Assembly (NCBI GenBank): GCA_965221165.1
Contig: CBDCRP010000003.1
Location: 256,001-320,000 of the forward strand
Length of the DNA: 64,000 bases
Reading direction: 5' to 3'
From: a bacterium
GTDB taxonomy: Bacteria > UBA8248
Shown: positions 40,165 to 49,540 of the stretch, piece after piece
How positions within the stretch are numbered: position 1 is the first letter of the stretch
Layout: each line of letters starts with the position of its first letter
Notes under the pieces: model-generated
What the model was told of the DNA's origin: nothing
The model's database searches: none
The model's input: the letters and a program-made list of their open reading frames with translations, nothing else
Translations under genes and position numbers: made by a program

Positions 40165-41409
40165 ATGAAACGACTCCCGCGCATAGGCGCGCCCTGCGTC
40201 TTGCTCATGACCATCCTGGTTTCAGGGTGTTCTTCGGTTCACCAGAATTTTCTCATCCGCCTCCTCACGCCCAAGCGGTTCGAGATCGGCCTCTGGGTGC
40301 AGGCGGAAGGCGCGAACAGAACCCTCGATAGTGCCGAAAAAATCAAAGCGCTCGTGAAGCGCGCGCGCGCCGCCGGGGTCACGGACATTTATGCGCAAGT
40401 CTATCGCTCGGGCCGTGCATGGTTCCCCACGAATCTCGCCGATGATTCCCCCGCAAAGCGGGCGGGGCAAGACCCGCTGGCGCTCCTGCTCACCCTGGCA
40501 TCCCGAGGGGAGGAATGCGATTGCCCCATCAGGGTCCACGCCTGGATCAACGCATTCGCCCTGGCGAGAAACAAAAAAGCGCCCATCCTCCGTCAACTCG
40601 GGAGGCAGGCCGTGCTCAAGGATCAATACGGGCGCTCCCTGCTCGAATATCCCCTTTCGGGAAAACCCGAGTGGGCGAAAGGCTTCGGCCTGGGGACGCC
40701 CGGAATTTTTCTCGACCCGGGCAATTTGGGCGTGCGGGGGCGCATCATCGACGTCACGGCGGCGTTGGTGCGCAATTATCCGGGCCTTGCGGGAATACAT
40801 CTCGACTTCATCCGCTATCCCTATGCGCTTCCCATATCGCCGGGTTCGCGTTTCTCCCCGCGTCTTGATTTCGGCTACAACGAGGCTTCCGTCGCCCGGT
40901 TCGAGCGAAAGACCAAAAAAACCGCCCCGCGCGCAGGAGCAAGCGTAAAGAGCGCGGACGGTGCGGCATGGGATGAGTGGAGGCGCGCGCAAGTGACGGC
41001 GGCGGTTCGCGGCGTTCATAAAACAACTAGAAGTTTAAGGAGACAAGTAATTGTTTCCGCTGCTGTTCTTCCCTGGGCGGAACGAGCCTATCTCTCCGCG
41101 TTTCAGGACTGGCGCACCTGGCTCGAACGCGGATTTCTGGATAAGGCCATCGTGATGAATTACACCACCGACGCGCGGCTGGCCGCTCAAATCAGCCGAA
41201 GCACGGTTGCTTCGAAGATGGTGAAGACATCGAATCCGCGCGCGCCCAGGGTCGTCATCGGCCTGGGTGCGTATCTGTTCACCAGCCGTCCGGAGGGTCT
41301 TTGGCGTGAATGGCGCGCCGCCCGAAAGGCCGGTGCCGACGGCGTTGCCCTCTTCTCATACGATCAGATGGTCGAAAACGATGCGATATGGAAATTTCCC
41401 GTCCGGTGA
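40165..41409 (+). CDS. Glycosyl hydrolase-like 10 (DUF187, YddW-like) lipoprotein
   Basis: Lipobox LVSGC; GLWV, DPL, VHAWIN, FLDPG, GIHLDFIRYP, QDW..WL..G.LD. Confidence 0.85.
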   Translation: MKRLPRIGAPCVLLMTILVSGCSSVHQNFLIRLLTPKRFEIGLWVQAEGANRTLDSAEKIKALVKRARAAGVTDIYAQVYRSGRAWFPTNLADDSPAKRAGQDPLALLLTLASRGEECDCPIRVHAWINAFALARNKKAPILRQLGRQAVLKDQYGRSLLEYPLSGKPEWAKGFGLGTPGIFLDPGNLGVRGRIIDVTAALVRNYPGLAGIHLDFIRYPYALPISPGSRFSPRLDFGYNEASVARFERKTKKTAPRAGASVKSADGAAWDEWRRAQVTAAVRGVHKTTRSLRRQVIVSAAVLPWAERAYLSAFQDWRTWLERGFLDKAIVMNYTTDARLAAQISRSTVASKMVKTSNPRAPRVVIGLGAYLFTSRPEGLWREWRAARKAGADGVALFSYDQMVENDAIWKFPVR

Positions 41410-41629
41410 CTCCGCCGCCCCCTTCGGGAAACAGGCATTTCGTGCTTGCCCAAAATGGCGTCGAAAGCTATAATTCCCTTGGAAAAACGTGATTCCCCGC
41501 CCCGATCGCTCATTTCGCCCCCACATAATTTTGATTTTTATTTGTGAATGCAGTTGCACCAGACAGACAAGACCTTAGTGCGCACTCGCCGCCCGGGAAC
41601 CGCTCAAGGCGAAAAAGGAGAAGAACAAC

Positions 41630-41902
41630 ATGAACAAAGGCGAACTCGCAGATGCCATCGCGGCGCAAACGGACTTGAGCAAATCGAACGCCCAAGGCGT
41701 GATCAACGCATTCGTGGGAGCCGTAACCTCGGCTCTCAAGAGTGGGGACAAGGTGACGCTCACGGGCTTCGGTACGTTCAGCACCTCCAGGCGGGCGGCC
41801 CGCAAGGGGCGCAACCCCAGAACGGGTGAGGAGATTGACGTGAAGGCGGCCACGGTGCCGAAATTCAAGGCGGGCGCAGGCCTCAAAGCCTCTATAAGCT
41901 AA
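41630..41902 (+). CDS. hup: HU family DNA-binding protein
   Basis: MNKGEL...VTLTGFGTF...RKGRNPRTGE..VPKFKAG. Confidence 0.95.
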   Translation: MNKGELADAIAAQTDLSKSNAQGVINAFVGAVTSALKSGDKVTLTGFGTFSTSRRAARKGRNPRTGEEIDVKAATVPKFKAGAGLKASIS

Positions 41903-42148
41903 GAGGGTCGAGCCGATGGACGAAGCAACAGGCCCCAAGGCTCCATGAACCGGCCGCAGTCGCACTGAAACTCCAGGACCGGCCGGCCCCTGGAGTCGAA
42001 CGAGGGGTATCCCCTCGTTCGGGGGGCTATGGTAAAAGGATGTTCTTGCCCCATTAAACCGACGGGGCAAGATGGAAATGCGTTATTTGGGGTTTGACTG
42101 AGAACAACATCTTTGATGATTCGATTCGTTCCGAGAAAGCGAGAGAAA

Positions 42149-42958
42149 TCAGGAACTCTCGCCTTCTATGGCGGTTTCTCCCTCCCATGCCGTCCAGTTC
42201 GAGAGCGCGTCCACGGAATCGTCGATGAAACGCATGTAATCGCCCGTCATCCGCGCTCCCTCTTCGATGAGGCGACACGTCTTCTCCGTATTCTCCTCGC
42301 TGAAGGGCAGGCTGAGCTTCCTTAAAACGATTTTCGTTCGTCCACCCAGAAAAAGATTGTCGACATCGTGGAGGTCGCCATAAAACTTCCTGGGCGCGCC
42401 GCGCGCGCGCGCTACCTTCTCCGGCGCACAGCCATACAAAGCGCCGAGACCCTCGGCGTATTCTCGTTTTTGCGCGTCGCTCATGGCGTTCTGGGCGTCC
42501 CGGAGTTGCTCCCCCACCGTTCTGTCGTCGAGGTAAATGGCGTAATCCACCGCGATTTCGACCAGGACGTGCGCGAGGTAGTGGAGGCTCGCCTCATCTG
42601 TAGGAACACCCATTTCTTTCGTGAATTCGCGCATCAGGGGGATGAGCGTGGCCCCCTTGAGGTAGGTGTAGCCCCGCTTTTGAGAGGGAGACAATCCGTT
42701 CGCCGCCTTGGAGATGCTCCCGTAATGGCAGATGTTGTCGACCACGAGATGGCATTTCACCCACAAGAGTTTGGGGAATCGGCCCATCACCCCCGAAGGC
42801 GGAGCGAACCGGTGGGTTTGCCTCGGCTTGAACTCTCCCGAGAGGGGTAGTGAATCGGGCGCCACGTTGTAGACATAGGCGTCATCCCCGGGATGGGGCA
42901 TCTCGGGATGGCGCTCTATCAGCGCCCGCAGAACCAATGTGTGGCAGTTCGTGAGCAA
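42149..42958 (-). CDS. Hypothetical protein with zinc-dependent phospholipase C/P1-nuclease-like metal motifs
   Basis: TTG start at 42958 after GGAGG; N-terminal H, APD, TH, HLVVDNICH, HVLVEIAVD. Confidence 0.55.
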   Translation of the reverse strand: MLTNCHTLVLRALIERHPEMPHPGDDAYVYNVAPDSLPLSGEFKPRQTHRFAPPSGVMGRFPKLLWVKCHLVVDNICHYGSISKAANGLSPSQKRGYTYLKGATLIPLMREFTKEMGVPTDEASLHYLAHVLVEIAVDYAIYLDDRTVGEQLRDAQNAMSDAQKREYAEGLGALYGCAPEKVARARGAPRKFYGDLHDVDNLFLGGRTKIVLRKLSLPFSEENTEKTCRLIEEGARMTGDYMRFIDDSVDALSNWTAWEGETAIEGESS

Positions 42959-42971
42959 AAACCTCGCCTCC

Positions 42972-43802
42972 CTAAAGAGTCCCCGCCAGTGAATAGCGCC
43001 CATCGGCGCACTCGACTTCTCCGGATTCCACGAACTTCTCCAGATGCAAAGCTATCATGCGGGCGCCCAGGATTCTCTGGCGCTCGGGCAATTCCCGGTA
43101 TATCAGCTCCGCTATCTTGGCGGGCGTATCGTGGCCTGCGCCCAGCGCTTCGAGATACTGCGCATCGCGCATCTTGCGGTGTTCTATAAGTTCGTCGATC
43201 CTGCCGATCGGATCCTCGATCACCGGGCCGTGGCCCGGATAGATGAGGCGAGGCGCGAGTTCCCTCACCTTTTCCAGCGATTCGAGGTAATCGCCCAGAT
43301 TCCCCTTCGGCGCGACCACCGCCGTCGTCGAGGGGAGAAGAATGTTGTCGCCCCCCAGAAGAATCTTCTCCGCCTCCCACCAGAAGGAGAGGTGGCCCGG
43401 AGAATGGCCCGGCGTCAGAATGGCCTCGAAGCGCATTCCCGCCAATTCGATATTTTCCCCTTCCCTGAGCGGAGAAACCGCCAGACCCGGCTGCTCCTCC
43501 TCCAGAAGCTTCATCTCCAGAGGGTGGGCGTAGGCCCTGACGCCGAATCGCTCGCAGGCCGCCTTCGCGCCGCCTGAATGGTCGAAGTGGTGGTGGGTGA
43601 GGACGAGTTTCTCCAACGCGCCCCCGGCGCGCTCCTCCACCCAGGAGAGCATATCGGGAATGCACTCGCGGTAGCCTGCGTCGAAAAGAATACAAGGACC
43701 CTCCCCGATGAGGATCACCATGACGTGGGTCATGAACGAACCCGGGGGGGCTACCAGCCGGTGGGTCTGGATGAGGGGTGAGCCAATCAGTTTGTCGTTC
43801 AA
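42972..43802 (-). CDS. MBL-fold metallo-hydrolase (LACTB2-like, C-terminal winged helix)
   Basis: THHHFDHSGG, TPGHSPGH, GD, PGHG. Confidence 0.9.
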   Translation of the reverse strand: MNDKLIGSPLIQTHRLVAPPGSFMTHVMVILIGEGPCILFDAGYRECIPDMLSWVEERAGGALEKLVLTHHHFDHSGGAKAACERFGVRAYAHPLEMKLLEEEQPGLAVSPLREGENIELAGMRFEAILTPGHSPGHLSFWWEAEKILLGGDNILLPSTTAVVAPKGNLGDYLESLEKVRELAPRLIYPGHGPVIEDPIGRIDELIEHRKMRDAQYLEALGAGHDTPAKIAELIYRELPERQRILGARMIALHLEKFVESGEVECADGRYSLAGTL

Positions 43803-43985
43803 GAAAAATCCTCGCTTGGAATTTCACCCGGTGGGAAAAAACCCTGCCGCGCCGCCGGCTCGATGAAGCGCCGGAATTCGCCTTCTCCCGCTGATTTCAA
43901 GAAATACGTTTCCCTTGGAGCATCTCTCTCGCGAGTGCGCAACAAATTCATCGGCTCGGAATTTCACCCGCCGGAAAAAGTAGCA

Positions 43986-44013
43986 TTGACAGATACGAAA
44001 AATCTGTTATTTT
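43986..44013 (+). promoter_or_regulatory. Sigma70-type promoter candidate for the ABC operon, with an overlapping palindrome
   Basis: TTGACA-N16-TATTTT with extended TG; ACAGAT-N7-ATCTGT inverted repeat at 43989-44007. Confidence 0.45.
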
Positions 44014-44166
44014 CACTACTACAATACTCCGTTCAGTGCAAAGAAAACAAGTAATAAGGACGTCGTTTTCTTGCGCGGTGAGGGTATGTTTTGAAAAGCG
44101 GAATAGTCTGATCCTTATAACCTGGGGCTTGACCCCCACTCTATTTCAGCTATGAGGAGATTCTCG

Positions 44167-45279
44167 ATGAAACACTTCATCCGCTACTTCGGCGCCATCG
44201 CCGCCATCGCGGCGCTGGCCGTCTTCGCCTCGGGCGCGCTCGTATCCGAAGCGATGATGAAAAACCAGAAAGAGCTCGTACGCGCGGCGAAAAAAGAGGG
44301 CGCCGTCACGCTCCTCAACCCTCTGTTCGGCGACCGGACGGCCAAGCGCCTGGGCCCGGCGTTCGCCAAGCACTATGGCCTCGGCAGCGGCTTCAAGTTC
44401 CGTAACCTGCGCAAAGGCACCGGCGCCACCGTCTCCCAGGTGCGCCAGGAGATGCGGGCCAACAAGTTCACCGTCGACGTCCACGTGGTGAGCGCGCCCG
44501 GCTTCTTCGCTGCGGCTCAAAAGCGCGGCGCGTACCACAAGCTCGACAGCGCCGAGTGGAACAAACATTTCGCGGGGGTGATCAAAAAGGCCGGCCAGTA
44601 CGCGAACTACCCCTACGTGGTCACGCCGCTGGCCTACACATTCCAGCCGGTGTGGAACATCTCCTGCCCGGGCATGAAGGACATCAACGTCACGTCCTAT
44701 GCGGACACCATCGCGAAGAACGTGATGGGCAAGACCATCGCCGGCGACATCACCAAGAGCTTCACCTACACCAACACCGTCATCTCGCTCATCGAGAGCG
44801 GCATGGACATGAACAAGTACTGGGACGCCCTGAAGGCCACGAAGCCCGTCGTCATGTTCCGCACGGAGCCGAAGATACAAACGATCATCAACTGCGAGCG
44901 CGGCCTCGACCCCTGGAACCTCTCCGGCCGCGTATGGCAGAACGTCCTGAAGAAGCCCGACCTCTCGAAAATCCTCAAGATCGGCTACTACAAAGAAGGC
45001 CAGGTCATGCTGGGCAACCAGGCGGCTGTTTTGAACGGCGCGCCGAACCCCAGCGCCGGCAAACTGCTGGTTGAATTCCTGCTCACCAAAGAGGGCACCG
45101 ACGTATACGTGGAAGGCGAGGCCGTCTACAGCTTCCGCGGTGGCTATTCGGCACCTAAGGCCGTGCAGCCCTATCTTCTCGACCTCAGCAAGCATAAGCT
45201 GCTGGGTCTCAAGGACTGGGTGGCAGCGCAGAAGAAGTTCAAGGCGACGCGCGCCGAGTTCATCAATCGCTTCAAGTAG
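44167..45279 (+). CDS. ABC transporter substrate-binding protein (AfuA/Fe3+-like family)
   Basis: Signal peptide; LVRAAKKEGAVT, APNPSAGKLLVEFLLTKEG; GAGGAG RBS. Confidence 0.88.
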   Translation: MKHFIRYFGAIAAIAALAVFASGALVSEAMMKNQKELVRAAKKEGAVTLLNPLFGDRTAKRLGPAFAKHYGLGSGFKFRNLRKGTGATVSQVRQEMRANKFTVDVHVVSAPGFFAAAQKRGAYHKLDSAEWNKHFAGVIKKAGQYANYPYVVTPLAYTFQPVWNISCPGMKDINVTSYADTIAKNVMGKTIAGDITKSFTYTNTVISLIESGMDMNKYWDALKATKPVVMFRTEPKIQTIINCERGLDPWNLSGRVWQNVLKKPDLSKILKIGYYKEGQVMLGNQAAVLNGAPNPSAGKLLVEFLLTKEGTDVYVEGEAVYSFRGGYSAPKAVQPYLLDLSKHKLLGLKDWVAAQKKFKATRAEFINRFK

Positions 45280-45303
45280 GACGATTATCGGTTGTTGACC
45301 GGA

Positions 45304-45342
45304 ACGGGTGGGAGCCTCTCGATAGGGGCTCCCACCCTTCCG
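45304..45342 (+). terminator. Strong hairpin after the binding-protein gene (terminator or mRNA stabiliser)
   Basis: GGGTGGGAGCCTCT-CGAT-AGGGGCTCCCACCC; weak T tail. Confidence 0.55.
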
Positions 45343-45573
45343 ATTTTAGTTATGGAGCGAAAAAAAATCGCGGCGCGCCATGCCGCGAAGGTTCAGCCGA
45401 GGGCGCCCGGGAATTCGTCGGGAGCAAGGTAGGCGGAGCCTTCGCGATGTAGTGCGCCGCGAGGATATTTCATAAACTTAAGTTCCCTCTCGCAAATCAC
45501 CGGGTTGGTTCGTGAGAGAGAGCGTTTGAAAACGGCGTTTGACTCGCCGGAAAGATTTCATCCAAAAAGGCTT

Positions 45574-47322
45574 ATGACCACAGACACCGCTAAACCTCAA
45601 CTGGAAGTCGCTCCCCCGAGCGGCTGGCGCACATGGTTCACGCAGGAGAACCTCATTACGACCATCGTCGGCATCATCGTGGCGGTGGCGGTCTTCCTGC
45701 CGCTGTTCGCGCTCGTCATCAACAGCTTTCTGGTGCTCGACGACTTGGGGTTCGACACCGAATGGGGACTCCAGAACTACAGGGATGTATTCCAGGGCCG
45801 CGTCATCAGAAAAGCCCTCGTCAATACCGCCATCATCAGTACGGGCTGCACCATCCTGGCCACCTTACTGGGCGTATCGCTCGCGTGGATCAACGCGAGA
45901 ACCAACTGCCCGGCCAGAGAGCAACTCGAGCCTTTCAACCTCATCCCCTTCTTCCTGAGTCCTTTCGTCGGCGCCATCGCCTGGCACAACCTGGCCTCTC
46001 CCAAAATCGGCCTCATCAATAACACGGCGAAATCCGTTTTTGGCATTTCTTTCCCTCTTTTCAACGTAAACAACCTGTGGGGCGTCATCTGGGTGACGGG
46101 GATTTTCTTCGCCCCTCTCGTCTACCTGTTCGTGGTGGGTTCCCTCCGGCGCATGGACCCATCGCTCGAGGACAGCGCCCGAACCACGGGAGCGGGCCTC
46201 ATCCGAACCACCATGACCATCACGCTGCCCCTGGTGACGCCTGCGATCCTCTCGGGCGCCATCATCGTTTTCGTGACGACGGCCGGGGAGTTCGGCGTCC
46301 CCTTCAAGCTCTCCGCCCCCTTCGGCTGGGAGACGCTGACCACGCAGATTTTCACCAAAGCGGTGGGTGATGACGCGAACCACTACTTAGGCGCCGCCAT
46401 GAGCATGGTGGTGGGCGTGGTGACGGCGTTCTTCATCTGGATTCAGCACAGAATCATCGCGCCCCGCTCTTATACGACGGTGACCGGCAAGGGCTTCCGG
46501 CCGAATCTCATCGACCTGGGCAAGTGGAAGTGGGTCGCCTTCGGCTACAACGTATTCTACGTGTGCGTCGCCGTGATTCTTCCCATCATCTGCCTTTTCT
46601 TCGTGAGCCTTCACAAGATCTGGTCGGGGAGAATCATCTGGTCGGAACTCACCTTTTGGAATTACCAGAAGGTGCTTTTCTTCTGGTCGCCCGAGAGCAT
46701 CGACGCGGCCACCAACGGCATCATCAACAGCTTCATCCTCGCGTTCGGCGGCGCTTCGATCGCCATGGTGGTGGCCATCGTCGTGAGCTACATGATCCAC
46801 CGCACCAAGGGATTCGGTGCGAGAATGCTCGATTTCCTGAGCGTCATTCCCATCGGGTTCCCCGGCATCGTGCTGGCGATGGGCGTTCTCGTCACCTACA
46901 TCAGAACACCCATCTACGCCACGCTCTGGATACTGCTGCTCGGCTACATCACGCGCTTCTTCCCATACGGGCAGAGGAACATCTCCTCCATCATGATGGC
47001 CGTATCGGAAGAACTCGACCAGAGTTCGCGCATGGCGGGGGCTTCGTGGCTCACCACGCTCAGGAGAATCACCATCCCGCTTCTCAAGCCGGGCATCTTC
47101 GCCGGGTGGATTCTCCTGTTCGTCATATTCTTGAGAGAACTCTCTATTTCCATCATATTGTATTCCGCCGGCACGGAGACGCTCTCCGTCGGCGTGTATT
47201 ATCTCTCGAACTTTGAAAACGAACCCATGACGGCGGCCCTTTCCATCGCGCAGACGGTTGCGCTTTTGATTTGCGTCGTCATTTTCAGAAAGGTAGCCGG
47301 CAAAGAGGCGCTTACCGCATAA
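45574..47322 (+). CDS. ABC transporter permease (fused double TMD, FbpB-like)
   Basis: Two EAA-type loops (MDPSLEDSARTTGA; ELDQSSRMAGA); many TM segments. Confidence 0.92.
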   Translation: MTTDTAKPQLEVAPPSGWRTWFTQENLITTIVGIIVAVAVFLPLFALVINSFLVLDDLGFDTEWGLQNYRDVFQGRVIRKALVNTAIISTGCTILATLLGVSLAWINARTNCPAREQLEPFNLIPFFLSPFVGAIAWHNLASPKIGLINNTAKSVFGISFPLFNVNNLWGVIWVTGIFFAPLVYLFVVGSLRRMDPSLEDSARTTGAGLIRTTMTITLPLVTPAILSGAIIVFVTTAGEFGVPFKLSAPFGWETLTTQIFTKAVGDDANHYLGAAMSMVVGVVTAFFIWIQHRIIAPRSYTTVTGKGFRPNLIDLGKWKWVAFGYNVFYVCVAVILPIICLFFVSLHKIWSGRIIWSELTFWNYQKVLFFWSPESIDAATNGIINSFILAFGGASIAMVVAIVVSYMIHRTKGFGARMLDFLSVIPIGFPGIVLAMGVLVTYIRTPIYATLWILLLGYITRFFPYGQRNISSIMMAVSEELDQSSRMAGASWLTTLRRITIPLLKPGIFAGWILLFVIFLRELSISIILYSAGTETLSVGVYYLSNFENEPMTAALSIAQTVALLICVVIFRKVAGKEALTA

Positions 47323-47326
47323 GACG

Positions 47327-48427
47327 ATGGCCGAAAACAACTATCTCCAAGTCGACAACCTCATCAAATACTTCGGCGACGACCGCGCCGTGGACGGAAT
47401 TTCCTTCGGCATCCCGGAGGGAAAGTTTCTCACCCTGCTCGGCCCCTCGGGCTGCGGAAAGACCACCACCCTCATGTGCATCGCCGGCCTCCACAAGCCG
47501 GATGCGGGCGAGATTCGCATCGGCTCGGAACCTGTCACCTCGATGGAGAAGCGCGTCAACATCGCTCCCGAGAAGCGCAACATCGGCATGGTGTTCCAGA
47601 GCTACGCCATCTGGCCGCACATGGACGTGACGCAGAACGTGGCCTATCCGCTCGAGATACGCAACATGGCGCAGTCGGAAATCGACGACCGCGTCGCCGA
47701 GGCGCTGAAAATAGTCGGTCTCTCCGATATGGCGGACAAAAATGCCACCCAGCTCTCGGGCGGCCAGCAGCAAAGGGCGGCCCTCGCGCGCGCCATGGTC
47801 TTTCGCCCGCGCCTTTTGCTCTTCGATGAGCCGCTCAGCAATCTGGACCTGAAACTCAGGGAGCAGATGCGCGTCGAACTCAAGCGGATTCAGCAAGTAA
47901 TCGGCATCACCTCGATCTACGTGACGCACGACCAGGCGGAAGCCCTCGTGATGAGCGACCAGATCATCGTGATGAGCAAGGGGAATATCGAACAAACGGG
48001 CGGACCCCACTCCATCTACGCGCGGCCCGTCAACAAGTTCGTGAGCGATTTCATCGGCGTGGCGAACCTGACCGAGGGACGAATCGTCGGAAACGGCGGC
48101 GAGGGAGCGGGAACCATCGAGATATCCCAGGGCGGCGAGAACGTACAACTGCCCTGCCTGCTCGCCGATGATGACCTCTCGGAGGGCGACCCCGCCTATC
48201 TCTCCGTTCGGCCCGAGAACGTGGATGCCTCGCGCGAGCCGATGGATGGCCCCAGAATCGAGGGCGAGGTGATTCAATCCGTCTTTTTGGGGAACTGTCT
48301 CGATTGCCGGGTGAAATGGGGAGAATTCGAATGGAAGGTGCTGGCGCATTCGCGAGAACGCCTGCGCGTGGGCGAGAAGGTGTATGTACGCCTCGACCCC
48401 GATCATACGTTGGCCGTTAAGCCCTAG
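47327..48427 (+). CDS. ABC transporter ATP-binding protein 1 (PotA/FbpC-like, TOBE)
   Basis: GPSGCGKTT, LSGGQQQR, LLFDEP, YVTHDQ. Confidence 0.95.
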   Translation: MAENNYLQVDNLIKYFGDDRAVDGISFGIPEGKFLTLLGPSGCGKTTTLMCIAGLHKPDAGEIRIGSEPVTSMEKRVNIAPEKRNIGMVFQSYAIWPHMDVTQNVAYPLEIRNMAQSEIDDRVAEALKIVGLSDMADKNATQLSGGQQQRAALARAMVFRPRLLLFDEPLSNLDLKLREQMRVELKRIQQVIGITSIYVTHDQAEALVMSDQIIVMSKGNIEQTGGPHSIYARPVNKFVSDFIGVANLTEGRIVGNGGEGAGTIEISQGGENVQLPCLLADDDLSEGDPAYLSVRPENVDASREPMDGPRIEGEVIQSVFLGNCLDCRVKWGEFEWKVLAHSRERLRVGEKVYVRLDPDHTLAVKP

Positions 48428-48439
48428 AGGATAGCCGAA

Positions 48440-49537
48440 GTGTCATTCGTCGAAATAACGAAGCTGGTGAAATCATTTGGACCCGAAGTGGCCGTGGCGG
48501 GCATTGATTTATCCGTCGAGCAAGGCGAGTTCGTCACCCTGCTGGGGCCTTCGGGCTGCGGAAAAACCACGACTCTCAGGTGCATCGCCGGCCTCGAGCA
48601 TCCCGACAGCGGCGATATTCAAATCGAGGGAGACTACGTCACCTCCGCTACAAACGACGTTTTCCTGACGCCGGAAGAAAGAAACTTAGGAATGGTGTTC
48701 CAGAGCTACGCCGTCTGGCCGCACATGACGGTCTTTGACAACGTGGCCTACGGCCTGAGGATCAGGCGCGAAACCAGGGCCGCCATCAAGGAGAAAACAA
48801 CGAAAGCGCTCGAACTCGTGGGTCTGGGCCATCTCGCCGAGCGCTACGCCACCAAACTCTCCGGCGGACAGCGCCAGCGCGTCGCCCTCGCCCGCGCCAT
48901 CGTCTACAACCCCAAGGTGGTGCTGTTCGATGAACCCCTGAGCAACCTCGACGCCAAACTCCGTGAGCAGATGCGAATCGAACTCACGCGCTTGCAGCAC
49001 GACGTGGGCATCACCTCGATTTACGTCACGCATGATCAGACCGAGGCGCTCGTCATGAGCGACAGGGTCGTGGTGATGGACAAAGGGGTGATCCAGCAAA
49101 TCGGCGATCCCGAAACCATCTACGCCGAACCCACGAATGCGTTCGTGGCCAATTTCATCGGCGTGGCCAACCTCCTGGAGGGCAAGCTGCTTGGCCACGA
49201 CGGAAACCTGACGGATATGGAAGTTCCCCTTGGTGGCGGAATCGCCCCCGTCCGCCTCCAGGCCACCGGCGCGGAAAGCGCGTCCGTTGGGGGAAAAATC
49301 ATCCTGAGCATCCGCCCCGAGGACATCCTGCTTCACCTCGAAAAGCCGGCCGACGCGATGAACCTCATGGAAGGCGAGGTGATCGACACCGTATATCTGG
49401 GCAACTTCCTCGACTGCCAGGTCCAGGTCGGGCCATACGAAGTCGGCGTGCAAATCGACCACTTCGAACAACTCGAACCCGGCCAGAAGGTGTATCTCTC
49501 CTTCACTCCCGACCACGGTCTTTGTCTCACTGAATAA
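48440..49537 (+). CDS. ABC transporter ATP-binding protein 2 (PotA/FbpC-like, TOBE)
   Basis: GPSGCGKTT, LSGGQRQR, VLFDEP, YVTHDQ. Confidence 0.95.
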   Translation: MSFVEITKLVKSFGPEVAVAGIDLSVEQGEFVTLLGPSGCGKTTTLRCIAGLEHPDSGDIQIEGDYVTSATNDVFLTPEERNLGMVFQSYAVWPHMTVFDNVAYGLRIRRETRAAIKEKTTKALELVGLGHLAERYATKLSGGQRQRVALARAIVYNPKVVLFDEPLSNLDAKLREQMRIELTRLQHDVGITSIYVTHDQTEALVMSDRVVVMDKGVIQQIGDPETIYAEPTNAFVANFIGVANLLEGKLLGHDGNLTDMEVPLGGGIAPVRLQATGAESASVGGKIILSIRPEDILLHLEKPADAMNLMEGEVIDTVYLGNFLDCQVQVGPYEVGVQIDHFEQLEPGQKVYLSFTPDHGLCLTE

Positions 49538-49540
49538 GCC

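Noticed and set aside
41905-42030. SRP RNA or other ncRNA after hup
   Set aside because: Hairpins are present, but the SRP core (CAGG-N-GRAA-N-AGCAG) is not
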